This document shows, one piece after another, positions 1 through 12,460 of a stretch of DNA of 64,000 nucleotides. Location: positions 1,240,001 to 1,304,000 of the forward strand of contig NW_027191406.1 in assembly GCF_041146345.1 (NCBI RefSeq), in the 5' to 3' direction. The DNA comes from Neodothiora populina (lineage: Eukaryota). The first letter of the stretch is position 1. Each line of letters opens with the position of its first letter. The notes beneath the pieces are model-generated. The model searched no databases and had not been told where the DNA came from. It worked only from the letters and a program-made list of their open reading frames with translations. Made by a program: the position numbers and the translations under genes.

Positions 1-968
1 CCTCATGAATGTATCTATGGAGGCATGCCTCCATGAATGGCAATTGAATTGATTAAACCTTGGATACTCCATTGAATCTACAAAGAGGTTGAATTCTTGC
101 AAAAGCGATCAAAAGAGGGTGTGCCAAGCTTACCAAAGAGTCATCTTTGTCTTCTAAACTGTTATATCTTAAGTCAGTAGCAGGGTGAGAGGATACGGTC
201 GTAATTACAGTGGTCGATGAAAATGTATATAGTAGTGCTTACAGACTCCCGCCAGAACATGCTCAAGCTTGCATCTCTAACTGTAATATTCATTATCTGG
301 ATCTGCTCTTGTTATGAAATATGCTGAAGTCTCACCCAATGTGGGAGCCACAGCGTCGCTATGCATACCTACTGTACGATCGAGATACTGTATGATCCCT
401 TTGCTGCTAGGTTGCTTTGCTTACAAAACTTGGTCTGATTGATTTCTTTGTCGGCAGATATTACTAACATCTAGTCGAATCAACAATTTTCAAACTTTCA
501 ATCTGTGGTGACTTGCTGCTCTACCCGTCGTAGCACTTTGGGGTTATCGTGACTATAAGATGTTCGAAGGAGCTCCGCATTCAGCTACCTTACCTTAAGC
601 CAACGCTTTCGGTTGGTTGCTGTCTCATACACAAGTCTCATACACAGTCCGGTTTCGGGCTGGAATATCATGTAAGTCGTGCTGTAGAGGTGGGAGTATA
701 TCCTGTTTGTGCCAAGTCAATCTAGTAAGTCCACGAACACTACAAGGGACTCTTGAGCAAGAGGGCCTATACCTCGATTTCTCCAATATCACTGAGAGGT
801 ATGCTGTTTCCACCATTCGGCCCTCGACTGACAATCTCCTTCGCTTACAGTACCTCTCGACCTTGACACCCAAACTCCAAGAAACAAGAAAAAGAATACA
901 AGGATTATATACCCCCAAATTGAGCGCAGAGCCTCAAGATCCACAACTCGAGATATGGACCAATCATC

Positions 969-1073
969 GGTTGTGTAGTGTAGCGGTAAGCACGTGGGAT
1001 TTTGATTGTACAAGACTGTCAAGTGTTGGTGATATGGATTCCCGAGTCCCCGGTTCGAACCCGGGCACGACCT
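969..1073 (+). tRNA. tRNA-Gln (anticodon TTG) with 33-nt intron (1006-1038)
   Basis: Acceptor stem GGTTGTG/CACGACC; anticodon stem TGGGA/TCCCG with TTG at 1002-1004; intron after position 37; T-loop GGTTCGAAC; T-run (Pol III terminator) immediately downstream. Confidence 0.95.
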
Positions 1074-1285
1074 TTTGTTTTGCTTTTCTTCTTGGCATCT
1101 CGTTTGTGGTAGGGGGAACGGTGAATTACCAGGAGATTATGGTAGAGGGAGGTGTGGAGGTGGGAAATTTGGTGCGGAGGAAGACTATGGCGTGCATTTT
1201 TTATAAGAGATGGAAGGGAAATATGATATTGGCCGTGAGCTCGTGGCAATTGTATCTGTGTGAATCATGTCGAGGCTGATGCGTC

Positions 1286-2782
1286 TCATTCGACGAGGAC
1301 TCCGCCTTTAATGGTTCTTCTGCCTCTGGCTCCATCATGAAGATAGACAGCTTCAGAGATACTCCTCCTTGTTCTCCACTCGACCTCCTCTTCCGCAAAG
1401 ACTACCAGATCTGCCTTGTCTCCGTGTGCGATGTTGAGGTGCAGAGGGAGCTTCGAATGAGCCTCCTTAGTGTCCAGCTCTGTTGCCTCGTAACTGGATG
1501 TATCCACCAGCCCAATGGCCGCTCGTGCGCGAGTGGATATGCACTCATACAACATTTCTGCATCACTAACTGTGCCAGCTTGATAGACGCCTACGCACAT
1601 ACTCGCAACAGACAATGGATCACAGCATCCCTGTGGGGTAAAAGCATTGCCCACGTTGTTTATACCTACCGCTGCATTGAGGCCAAGCTCCTTGATCATG
1701 CGTGGGATGGGCAGAGTTCCTCTTACTTGGTTTTCCGTCCTCATCATGAAGAGATCGCTCGTCGGCAGACCGACAAATGAGATTGGGAGATCAGCGATTT
1801 CATGCTTCAGTCTTTGCCATTCGGCGTCGGTGAACAGGCAGAGGCGTGTGCAGTGGCCTAGGACGATTGTCTTGTTTGTTTTGGATGTCCAGGCTTTGAA
1901 TTTCAGGGTTTCGATCACAAACCATATCAGTGGCTCGGTATCGGCGTCGAGATTGTAGTCGAGGTGGAAATCAATGTGTTTTTGAGTAGTTAGGGCGAGA
2001 TCTACGAGCCAGGCAACGTTTCTTTTCATTGCGTCTCTGTCACCCTCGACGTAGGGTGTACTGCCTACGACGTGAGTCTCCGGTCTCTGCGCGGCGGACT
2101 CGACAAGCGAGCGCATCTCTTCACCGCTGTCTTCATGACCAGAGAAAAGGGGGAGTTGGGCAAAGGCGCAGAGTTGTATCTCGCAACGATCTCTTGCTTT
2201 GTCTTTTAGTTCTTTCCCGGCATCTAGACAAGTCATGCCCACGATGGGGTCAACTTCGACAAACGCGCGCATGGAAGTCACGCCTGCGATGACACTCTCG
2301 TCGACGACCCTCTGACCGCGCTCACAGAGGTCGTCATGCGCAAAGTTCTTCTTGGCCTTGTTCGTCAGCTCCATGGCCTCGGCAAAGTCGCCGCGCTGTA
2401 TCTGAAGATGAGAATATTTTGGGTGAGAAAGGAGATATGGCTTGTCCAAGTGGATGTGTGGATGACACAGCGCCGGACCTACCAGTGCGCCATGTGCATC
2501 GATAGTGGTTGCAACATTCTCAATCTGAGCTTGTAGAGTAGAAGGGTCATGGGCTGTTGCACTCTTGATTCGACCACCGAGTATGGAAATGTCCCAGAGA
2601 GTGCCTGGAGATGTACAAGGTAGAGTAGCATTCAACACAGTGTCCAGCCTGGTATAGGGTCTCACTTTGAGTGGGCCAACACGAGATGAGAGGCTGGAGT
2701 CAGGAGCAGCTCCGGCAAATTGAATTCGTGCCATCTTTGCGTCAAGGTTGATGCCTTGAGCAGCGAGATACTGCGCGGCCAT
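1286..2782 (-). CDS. Metal-dependent amidohydrolase, cytosine deaminase (CodA)-like
   Basis: 498-aa uninterrupted ORF; HPHIHLDK metal-binding HxH, GVTSMRAFVEVD, DFHLDY, LGHCT and N-x-x-N-A-F-T-P motifs typical of the family. Confidence 0.85.
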   Translation of the reverse strand: MAAQYLAAQGINLDAKMARIQFAGAAPDSSLSSRVGPLKVRPYTRLDTVLNATLPCTSPGTLWDISILGGRIKSATAHDPSTLQAQIENVATTIDAHGALVGPALCHPHIHLDKPYLLSHPKYSHLQIQRGDFAEAMELTNKAKKNFAHDDLCERGQRVVDESVIAGVTSMRAFVEVDPIVGMTCLDAGKELKDKARDRCEIQLCAFAQLPLFSGHEDSGEEMRSLVESAAQRPETHVVGSTPYVEGDRDAMKRNVAWLVDLALTTQKHIDFHLDYNLDADTEPLIWFVIETLKFKAWTSKTNKTIVLGHCTRLCLFTDAEWQRLKHEIADLPISFVGLPTSDLFMMRTENQVRGTLPIPRMIKELGLNAAVGINNVGNAFTPQGCCDPLSVASMCVGVYQAGTVSDAEMLYECISTRARAAIGLVDTSSYEATELDTKEAHSKLPLHLNIAHGDKADLVVFAEEEVEWRTRRSISEAVYLHDGARGRRTIKGGVLVE

Positions 2783-3464
2783 GGAGTGTGGACATAAGGA
2801 GAGGAGTTTAGAAGAGGTGAAGGGTGATATTGGAGAGGAATTGACTTGGGAGATAAGCGGAGGGAAAGAGTCATAACATCACCACGAATATCACTAGATG
2901 CTCTATCGCCCGACAAAAGAATAGGTGATAAAGTAAGAGGAATGACGCAGTGTAGACGATCCATTGGCCAAGCGTCAGAGTGTCCAGCACTAGCTTACCT
3001 TGACTCTGATTAGGGAAATTTAAAGTTATGGCTATAGCAGACGGCAGTCTAGTCTCGAGGGATCGGTGAAGGGAGGACAAAAAGTAGCCGATGAAGAAGC
3101 AGTCTGGGTGCTGGAGACGAACAGGAATCATATAGCATGAGAGGCCAAGTAAGACAAGGCAAGGCAAAATAGACGGGCAAGGAGGGCCAGGTATGCAGCG
3201 AAGAAGAATGGATAGTAGAGCAGAGAAGAGAGAGAGTATCCCCCGCGAATTCGCTTGCAACCCCGGCCTTTTGAGCGGTTCAGAATTGTTGCGGTTCTTT
3301 TTTGGCCAAACGCGACGAGTGGGACTTCTCCATACATCTTAACGCGTCTGCGTCTGCCTTCCCATCCGCCCAATCTCTCCATCGCTTCAATTGTGTCGCA
3401 GTATAACAATATCATTAATCAGAAAAGCCCGTGGCGCGTGTGACCTTGACCTTAAATTCGCAAG

Positions 3465-5370
3465 ATGCAGAGCCGAAGCTTTGGGCAAGCGACGCAACGC
3501 TCGCCGCATACATCGCAGCTCGGCGCCCGTCGCGGTCCAGGTAAGACGAACATTTCCATCTTCGTGTTTTGTCCCAGAGTTCAGATATAGAAGATTCCAT
3601 CGATTTTCCTCTTTTGCTGCATGAATCTTGATTTTTCTTACAATCCGCGATCAAAATGATGCCCTACGTGGGCCCTCCGACTGCGCTGCCTTATGCACCC
3701 GCAGCCATGATGAATCTGCCGCCATGTGGCAGTGACTCCCACAGATCTGGCAACATCGACAGGAGACGCAGCTCGATGGGACTCAAGCGCAAATACCGAT
3801 CATTCTCAACTGACACGGACGCCACAGCCCCCATCTACGGCGCAGGACAACAGGCCGCGCAACAGCCTCCAGGCGCCACAGCTCAGTCTCAACTACATCA
3901 AGAACAACTCCGTCGCGCCGAGGCAGGCAAGCGCCAGGCGCGCAAACCCACTGACCGCAATCTCGCTGATGAATTGGCCGAGGTGTGCATCGGCGATGGA
4001 GTAGAGCGATACAAGCGTCTGAGGGAGATTGAGCGAAAGCTTGACGCGCACATGATGCAGAAGCGACTGGGCATTAACGAAGAGCTGCCATCCTCCAGAA
4101 AGCGAGAAGGCGTCCTGAGGATCTGGGTCAGCAACACAGCCGAGGGGCAGCCATGGCAAGTCATGGAAGAGGGAGGCGAGACCTTCGGAGCCGACGGCAC
4201 CTTTGACTTCGGAGAGAACTCGCAGGCACGATACAGAGTCAAGATCGAAGGACGGTTGCTACCCGACCCTGAAGACGACATGGAAGATGACAAAGACGCC
4301 GATGCCATGGACGAGGACAACACCACCAAGGCAAAGCCTTCGATGCTGCCCCTGCCCAACGAAAAGACCAAGCTCAGCCATTTCTTCAAAGCCATCACCA
4401 TCGATTTCGACAGACCCGCCAGTCTCCAGCCTGACGGCTTCACGAGCATCGAATGGAGGAAGCCTGCATCTGCCAACCCTCCTGCGCAACAAGCCGGTGG
4501 TGACAGCAGCGAGGCCGACTTTGACGTACTAGAGTTCGAGCGCAAGAGCGACGAAGAAATGAACGTCACCATCAACCTCGTGCGCGATGAGGCTCCCGAT
4601 CGCTTCAAGCTGAGTCCCGCCCTCGCCGATCTTCTCGACACTGAAGAGGACACTCGTGCTGGCGTCGTGGCAGGCATCTGGGAGTACATCCGTGCTTTTG
4701 GACTCCAGGAAGACGAGGAGAACCGTCGCATAGTGTGCGACGAGAGACTGAAAGCAGTAAGAGGCCCCTGCAGGATGTTTGCAGAAGCTACTCGTGTTTG
4801 TGTTTACTGACAATGATCCGTCATCAGGTCTTCAAGACGGAGTCTCTCTACTTTCCATACATTCCCGACCAGATCCTTCCCCATCTCACTCCTCTCCCCC
4901 CTATCAAGCTATCATACACCATCCGTGTCGACAAAGCCTACATCTCTCCTCCTGCTGAATCAGACAAACTGCCCTCGGAACCGACCGTCTACGACATTCG
5001 CGTTCAACTCCCTTCGCCTCTTCAACGTCAGATGCGCGCCATCCACAGCTCCCCTTCACATCTCGCCAATCTCAGAGCCATCACTCAGCTCGACGACGAC
5101 CTGGCACTGATGATCCAGAAGATCAACCACACCAATGCCAAGCGCAAGTTCTACGACTCGCTGGCTCGCGATCCCGCCGCTTTCATCAAGAGATGGACGA
5201 GCAGCCAGCAGCGTGATCTGGAAGTCATTCTGGCCGAAGGTGGCAGGGGCTTCGGTGACGAGTCATACCCAGGCGAGGAGTTCAGAAGAGGAGGCAGGGA
5301 CGGAGTCTGGGGTGGAGCTCTCGCTAGAGAGAGCGTCGGCCTTTGGCTGGCCAGGCAGAAAGCGAGCTAG
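3465..5370 (+). CDS. SNF12: SWI/SNF and RSC complex subunit (Snf12/Ssr3, SWIB domain); exons 3465-3540, 3828-4756, 4828-5370
   Basis: RKPTDRNL, LRIWVSNTAEGQPWQ, IEGRLL, SWIB-like IWEYIRAFGLQEDEENRRIVCD, C-terminal WTSSQQRDLEVIL. Introns GTAAGA...CTGAC...CAG join exons in frame. Confidence 0.92.
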
Positions 5371-5442
5371 AAGCCTCAAGACGCCCCCAAGATCATCGAC
5401 CCCAATGCACCTATACCACTCACACGCGCAGCTCTCGAGGCT

Positions 5443-5898
5443 TTGCAATCCGGGAATGAAGCACGTTTTGTTCGCGATCACAAGATAAACATGGCTATTG
5501 CATGGGGTCTTCATCCCCTTGTTGAGAAAGCATTATACTGCATCACCTGCAAAAGACTGGGGGGAAGATGCGACGGACAAATGCCATGTCGGAATTGCAA
5601 AATTCGATACCCACGCAGCACGCTAGAGGTTTGCTCTGGCAAACTTCGAGTACGCCAAGATGAAGCCTGCTTTCCGTGCATACAGACAAGTCAAGTATGT
5701 AATGCGGGACAACCTTGTGAATGCTGTCGCAATAAGGGCGTCCAATGCTTTTACGATCCTTTCACTGTCTATATATGCATGGCCTGCATAAAATTGACAT
5801 TGGGATGCGACGCGAAGGCACCATGCGAAAATTGTATAAAGGGTCGACGGGAATGCTCTCTTGTGCGGCTTCGAGAGGAGCAAGCACGACGGCGGTGA
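5443..5898 (+). CDS. Small protein with three tandem Zn2Cys6-like motifs; start uncertain, possibly decayed at the 3' end
   Basis: CITCKRLGGRCDGQMPCRNC, CFPCIQTSQVCNAGQPCECC and CMACIKLTLGCDAKAPCENC each fit C-x2-C-x6-C-x5-C-x2-C with a later sixth Cys. Confidence 0.55.
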   Translation: MQSGNEARFVRDHKINMAIAWGLHPLVEKALYCITCKRLGGRCDGQMPCRNCKIRYPRSTLEVCSGKLRVRQDEACFPCIQTSQVCNAGQPCECCRNKGVQCFYDPFTVYICMACIKLTLGCDAKAPCENCIKGRRECSLVRLREEQARRR

Positions 5899-6959
5899 AA
5901 GTACCTTACCCCTGCGGCAGCGCAATGTGAGAGTCTCAAGTAGGCCTTCGGCTTTGTTCTGAATGGACGGACAGGAAGTCACGTTACCTGCAATGCGGAA
6001 TATGCCGTGTGTCTCCTGCGAAATGGATGCCGCTGATCCACAGACATGGAGTACAAGTAATGCTATAGTTTTGATTCGATAATACCCATATAATATACCC
6101 TCAGCACAGTGCAGCGCTCAGGAACAGTGTCGTCCGCATCTTGATCGATTTACTGCTTTAAGTATCGTGTTTACCGATCATGCAGGTCGGTGTGACGCAC
6201 CTACCCTGCATGACAGCGGGATCGTCAAGCCGAGGCCGGCAGAGACCCTTCCTTTTTGTATTCTGACAGCGGTCAGAGCCGCATCAGGGTACCTTAAAAT
6301 CAATGATTGATGGATGCGCCGATGATTGTTTCTGATGATGAACAATTACTATACTGTATTAAGGTATTGTTACATCGAATATCATGACGGGCCATGTGGC
6401 ACACTCACAATGCACTTCCAGTGCCTCTCCTTACTAAGATGCATCTCTAAGCGAACGACGTTGGCTGATCCCTCAATCGTAGTCCACTCGTCACGCTGCA
6501 TTACCAACTGGCAAGACCGGCAGTGCCGGCCGTGGCTCCTTCACTTCTTGTCATCGAGATAACCTTAATAAATCAGCCTGATATGGTACGACCAGTAGAC
6601 CCTACGGCAATGTTGTCTTAAATACGTGTTTCAATTTAGATCTTCCTTCCGTCTCTTCTTCATCTATATATTCTGCTTTCAGCGTCACCAGCATATCTAC
6701 AGCTCCTGCGAAAAGAATCGTTGTCTTACATCCTATTGGTCCATCATACCTTAGACTTCATCACCTGCGGTCAGCCAACGTCATCCTTTGTTCGATCTTT
6801 TGTTGCATTCAACCTGTGGTAACATCGATTGTTGCTACTTGACCTCTTGAATTATCATCACGACTGATCTCTCATAAACTCCCGTCAATTCGACTTTGAT
6901 CTTGTCCATCAACTTCACCATCCACAGGTATCTGTCGGTCTCAGCTCAAGTAATCAAAG

Positions 6960-7991
6960 ATGGCACCTTCGACTATCACATGCGTTCGTCATGCCCAGGG
7001 TTTCCACAATCTCACGGTTGCCAACCATGCTATACATGATCCCCTCCTCACTCCCATGGGCGAAGAGCAATGCCGCATCCTGGCTCAAAACTTCCCCAAA
7101 GCCCACATGGATCAGATTGAGCTCATCATTGCATCTCCTCTGAAACGTACAATCTACACTGCACTGTTGTCGTTCGCTCCGGTTATCAAGCAAAAGAACC
7201 TCAAGGTCTTGCTCTTGCCTGAATTGCAAGAAACATCTGATCTTCCTTGTGATACCGGCAGCAGTCTCGAGGAGATCAGAAAAGAATTTGCTGGACAGCC
7301 CATCGATACATCGATCATGGAAATGTCTCAGAATGCCGACTGGACCAGCAAGACTGGAAGATGGGCCCCCAACTCATCCGCCATTGAGGAGAGAGCGAAG
7401 GTGGCAAGAGAATTTCTGTACTCCCGTGATGAGAAGGAGGTGGCAGTCGTCACCCATGGTGGGTTCTTGCACTACTTTACCCAGGACTGGAGTGATATTA
7501 GCAGACTCGACGGAACACCTTCCGCAGGTATGTCTTTGCCTTTCTTTTCTTATCACACAAAGTGTTGTCACGTCTTTCCCATCTCCTGCCAGAACTTGTT
7601 CCTTGCTTTTCATTCTGATGTCTGCGTTTGAGCCTCGACTATCCAAAACTACCATCACAAGCCGAGCGATAAACACTTTGCGCACCTTCGTAAAACATAC
7701 GAAGATGCCAAGCTTGAAATGCGCGATGCGAAGAAGCAATATCGTACTCACAGAGCTGCAGGCACCGGCTGGGCAAACACTGAATACCGCCACTATATCG
7801 TCACCACTCCCAATGGCGAAGTTCAACTCGTCGAGACTCCCGAATCTCGCAAGAAGAGGCTGCCGGACGTGAAGCCTCTGTCCAAAGAAGAGCAGAAGAA
7901 TCTGCAGCGTGCCACTCAGGCGCAGTGGGCCGAGCAGGAGAGGCAAGAGAAGGAGTACTACCGGGTAAACTCGATACAAGCCAAGGTATAA
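6960..7991 (+). CDS. Histidine phosphatase / phosphoglycerate mutase family protein; exons 6960-7527, 7762-7991
   Basis: VRHAQGFHN catalytic motif, ASPLKRTIYT, LQE, VVTHGGFLH; intron GTATGT...CTCAC...CAG joins to GTGWANTEYR in frame. Confidence 0.9.
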
Positions 7992-8416
7992 CTTTACTGT
8001 TTGTTGTTGGTCTGGCGCATGGGTTGTGGTTTTGATTTCCTTGCATCCGATACCCTGAGAATCTTTCTATGTTCATTACTTCTGGCGTTGTTGGTTTGGT
8101 CTGTCCATGCGGTTCATGGAGATGTAAGAGCCTAGATCGGAGTAAGAGACCGTGAGTATGGAGTGCTCTTCGTACAACCATTTCAACCACTTTTTCGATC
8201 ACGCTGCTATCCTGATTCACCACTGACGCCCCCGTAGCTTCGAGCAAAGCAAAGAGACCGCGACCTCGGTGGATACAGTTTCGGCATCTAATCGACCGCG
8301 TCGCCACGAATTACGCCAGAATGAGCCTATCGAAGAATGCTGAATGTTCGCAGCCTTAGCAAAATGGTGCCAGCGACTCTCATCACTCGTCTAGAACCCC
8401 AACAAGCCACGAACCT

Positions 8417-8884
8417 TTGGAACTACCTGCTATACCATACACCAATCCTCACCCAAGAAAAAAGGGACGATGTATCGTAAGAAACCCCGAAGTCAATGTT
8501 GTAGACACACCTCCGTTATTGTCACCTGCGCCTTATTCATCTTCTGGCTCTTCTACGCTATCTTTGCTAGGCGAATCTATAATTCCTACGACTCATGTTT
8601 CATTACAAGACACCGACGGTGTTGTGCCTCCTGTCGTCACTACTTCACTACAAACCGGGGAACCGCTCACGCTACAGCCACTGTCGCCGCAACAAATCTC
8701 AGAGAAGACGTTCCACGAAAGACAGGCGGTTGTGGCTGTCAGATATCCACATGCTCCTATGATCGGCTGGATTCGCAAGGCTCATCGACGTACGAAGCGG
8801 GTTTTCCATGAGCGGCGGGCGATGATACGCGTGAGACTTGGCGTGCACTCGGTTGGAAAAGAGGTGCATACGGATGCAGGATGA
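8417..8884 (+). CDS. Hypothetical protein (uncertain)
   Basis: 155-codon ORF with non-ATG start; no recognisable motif. Confidence 0.15.
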   Translation: MELPAIPYTNPHPRKKGRCIVRNPEVNVVDTPPLLSPAPYSSSGSSTLSLLGESIIPTTHVSLQDTDGVVPPVVTTSLQTGEPLTLQPLSPQQISEKTFHERQAVVAVRYPHAPMIGWIRKAHRRTKRVFHERRAMIRVRLGVHSVGKEVHTDAG

Positions 8885-9456
8885 TTGCTTGTCGAGGATC
8901 CTGTCATTCGTTTTTCTGGTATGTGGCTGAGGTGTTTGTTCTATAGTACCTCGCATGGCGGCATCCCTGCAAGTCATGTGAGACACGATTACGAGAACCC
9001 GTGCTTTCTCTAGATGCACTCTTTAGACTTTCACGAATTAGATAGATACTACGATAGATGAGGGACACGAGAGACGGACAGTACTACACTTTATATCTCT
9101 ACATTTCTATAATCACTCTCCCCACGTACCGTAGTACGACTTGGTTCCTAGGGATCCCAGCTTTGAATAAACGAAAAGTGCGAGTGTTAACTCCGATGAA
9201 GCACGCTATAACGCCGACTTATCGCTTAGGGCGCGTTTGACAACCAAAGAAGTAGACGATAAGACTGCGAAACCCCACGTAGCTGTATACAAACAGTCAT
9301 AGTAACGGAGCGAGAGAAAAGAGGGAGAAAACATTGATGTGTACCCAATCGTCACGTCTCTCTCCCTTCATCCTTCCTTAAGCGACACCAAACGCATCAA
9401 TTATAAAGAGGAACGCCGCATCAACATCCTCGACTCCTCCTACACAGGACCCAAGC

Positions 9457-10635
9457 ATGGCAACGCAAGGAGTACAAAACGCAGAAGCAGGCGGCTTCGT
9501 GCACCACATCGTAGTCCTCGACGGCACATCAGCGACCATCCCGCCTCCCTCCTTCCCACACACAATAACAAGATACCGCTCGACCTCGGCCAGCGAAATC
9601 GCCTCGCGCCTGCAAGATGCCACAATCGTGATAGGCACGGGCACACGTCTGAGCTACGACACGCTCAAGACCTGCGGGCCGAAGCTGCAGCTATGCGCGT
9701 CGCTGGGCGTCGGCGTCGATAATTTCGATCTCGAGGCGATTAGAGAGAGGGGGCTCACGCTGGTTCATGTGCCTGCGCAGAATACGCAGACGGTGGTGGA
9801 ACATGCTTTTGCGCTGCTGGGCGCCGTCAAGAGGAATTTGATGGGGTTGCATGGGTTTGTGGTCGGCGGGGGGAAGTGGGTGGATGCTATTGCTGCTGTT
9901 GCGCAGTTTGCTCGTGAGTCGTTTGTTTCCTTCATCTTTTTGCGCTGGCTCCATGGAGCGGTTGGATCTCAGGGTGGGGGTGGTGGCTAACGCGAGCGTG
10001 TTGAACAGGTCCGCCCAAGACTAACAGCCAGGAGATACTCGGAGTCATTGGCTACGGCGCCCTGGTGAGTTCACTTACCTCTAGCCAGTCTCTTCGATCT
10101 TCGGGCAGAACGAACCACTAAACCCAGCACCCAGGGCCAACGCACCGAGAAGATGGCAAAAGCACTCGGCATGCAGGTCCTGATCGCCGAGCGCAAAGGC
10201 GCTCCCGCGCGCGAAGGCCGCAGCACCTTTGAAGACGTGCTGTCCCAAAGCACCGTGGTCATCCTGACATGCCCACTGAGCCCCTCGACACGCAATATGA
10301 TCGACGCAGCCGAATTGCGCACGATGCGCGAGGACGTCATCATCGTCAACGTCGGGCGCGGCGGCATCATCAACGAACTGGCGCTCGCTGACGCGCTGCG
10401 AGAGCACAGGATCGGAGGCGCCGCCGTCGACGTCTTCGAGACCGAACCTGCCACTCCGGAGAATTGCCCGCTGCTCGATCCGAGTATTCCTAATTTGTTG
10501 CTCTCGCCGCATTTGGCTTGGTATTCTAGTGGGACGCTCAAGGGCACGCTCGAGGTCACTTGTAAGAATATGGAGGCTTTCGTGGCGGGCAAGCCGCAGA
10601 ACGTCATTGTTGGTCCTTCTTCGCCTTCTTCCTAA
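9457..10635 (+). CDS. D-isomer-specific 2-hydroxyacid dehydrogenase (glycerate dehydrogenase-like); exons 9457-9913, 10009-10064, 10135-10635
   Basis: GVGVDNFDLEA; spliced Rossmann GVIGYGALG; CPLSPSTRNMI, NVGRGGII, DVFETEP, SPHLAW; two canonical introns in frame. Confidence 0.92.
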
Positions 10636-10670
10636 GAGGAAGCCGGTATAGAGGAAGCCGGTATAGAGGA
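10635..10670. repeat. Short tandem duplication (AGAGGAAGCCGGTAT x2 plus partial)
   Basis: Seen directly just after the dehydrogenase stop codon. Confidence 0.8.
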
Positions 10671-11306
10671 CAAGCAGAAGAGAAGTCGGGCTTTTGTGAA
10701 ATCATGAACAAGGTATATAGGCTCGCAATAGATATTGTTGATAGAAATAGATATCTGCATAAAAGTTTCGCGGGGAACTAGACTTAATTCATCATGACCA
10801 AGGAGACATATCCAGGACAGGACGACGACCATCACGACTCGTGCAGCCATGACCTGGCCGACTCTCGCTTGAGGATCTAGCTCTGCTACATGACTCCAAA
10901 AGTTGACTGGTTGGAAAGCCAGGACCTTGTCTTTCTTTTATCGATCTGATCTGATCTGGATTGATCTGGTCTGATATGGAGATTTGTCTCTATGGCATCG
11001 AGTGTGATGTGGCCTCATTTGTGCGTCTGAGGCAGACTGATAAGATGAGTAAGGTAACGTGACGAAGTACAGGTAGCTTGAGAGGTAGTTTCTCGGGCAG
11101 GCCAATCGTCAAACGAAAGTAACATTTGTTCTGTCATCAGATTCATAACTACAATTTCGACTCCGAAGTAGCATGTCCAGCACTAAGACCCACCGCGCAA
11201 CAACAAGAATCAGCCATCTCCCCGATGCACACATTTCCCATCGGCAGCATTGCTTCCTCGCACCCTCCCCGACCAGAGGGCGACAAAATGACAGAAGAAG
11301 AAAAAC

Positions 11307-11671
11307 TCACGACGACCCCACAACCTCACCGGGCATCAAAATCGGGCTCTTATCACAAAAGTTCGAGACGTCGTCCATGATCTCTTTCGTAGCGGGCCCC
11401 TGCGACGCCTTCTGGAACTCGGACATGTCGCCCCATTCCAGCGTCGCCTGCACCAGGTACGGCTGGTCGTCGCCGAACTTGAGCACTTTCCATGACTTGA
11501 GGCCGGCGGGCCCCCAGTGTTTGGCTACTAGCGGCATGTGTGAAGATAGGTAGTAGTCCATGTCGAACTTGCTGCCTTGGGGATATTGGACCTTTTGGTT
11601 TTTTTGGCGCCATCAGCGTGAGTTGGGAGGTTGGATGAGAGGGAGAGGCTTACGATGACGCTGGCGGGCAT
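11307..11671 (-). CDS. EthD-family protein; exons 11671-11654, 11591-11307
   Basis: Spliced MPASVIVQYPQGSKFDMDYYLSSHMPLV...DDVSNFCDKSP matches the EthD pattern; intron GTAAGC...GCTGAT...AAG. Confidence 0.88.
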
Positions 11672-12460
11672 TTTGAGTGCGGTCTGTTTTATGTTGTTTT
11701 CTTGAGGATAGTAATGCTCTACTCCCTGCTGTCCTTTGCAGTATACGTGTCTGAATGAGAATGAGAAGGAAAAGGATAATGACAAGGACTAATGGTTACG
11801 TTTAAACCTACGCCGCAAAAGCATCCTGAGGTGGGGTTCTGCTCACTTGCCCCGCTTGTTTACGGACATAAACTCTCCATACCACCGAGGCTCCTCTCTC
11901 GAGCCTCGTTTCGCTTCGTCGTTTAGTGTGAGGCTTTCCCTTGCTATGATCCGTTCGTGCATGTGAGGTATGCAAGTCAGAGAGCCAGCTCATCATTGTT
12001 TCGTCGTATAGAGCTATTCTGTTCTTGGTCGCATCGAATCATGCCTTTACCCCGCTGCGATATTTTGTTATCCGGCGCTGAACAAGCGACTATTTTTCCC
12101 TGATTAGGGTAGCTTTATGACGATGGCAAGCTTGATGCTGACATGAGTCGCTTTGTGCGTGAGATGAGCTTGGGGACTTCAGACGTGTTTCGGGCTTTTC
12201 TGCATGGAATTGGTTTCGTCCTTTGATTTGTCTCATGGATTTGTAAGGTGTCATGCTATCTTTTATGTGGAAAGATTACACTTCCTGAATTATGTCTCTT
12301 CTTCCCTTTCCCATTACTTGACCATGCGCCATCACCGTTGCATAACATAGCCATAACCAGGATATGAGCAACTGACTCGTTCCTTTCTTGCTTCAAAGTC
12401 TGTTCGATCCGCTGCAATTCGTCCAGTACATACGCCACCTCTTGATCGAGGACGACCTCA

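Noticed and set aside
17..34. Perfect 18-bp palindrome ATGGAGGCATGCCTCCAT
   Set aside because: Isolated, at the window edge, with no partner repeat or element context.
617..1279. 220-aa ORF
   Set aside because: Non-ATG start, runs through the tRNA-Gln gene and has no protein motif.
3898..4731. 277-aa antisense ORF in SNF12
   Set aside because: Ser-rich antisense shadow of an acidic coding strand.
9457..11671. Dehydrogenase plus EthD as a secondary-metabolite cluster
   Set aside because: No PKS, NRPS, terpene synthase or other backbone enzyme in the window.
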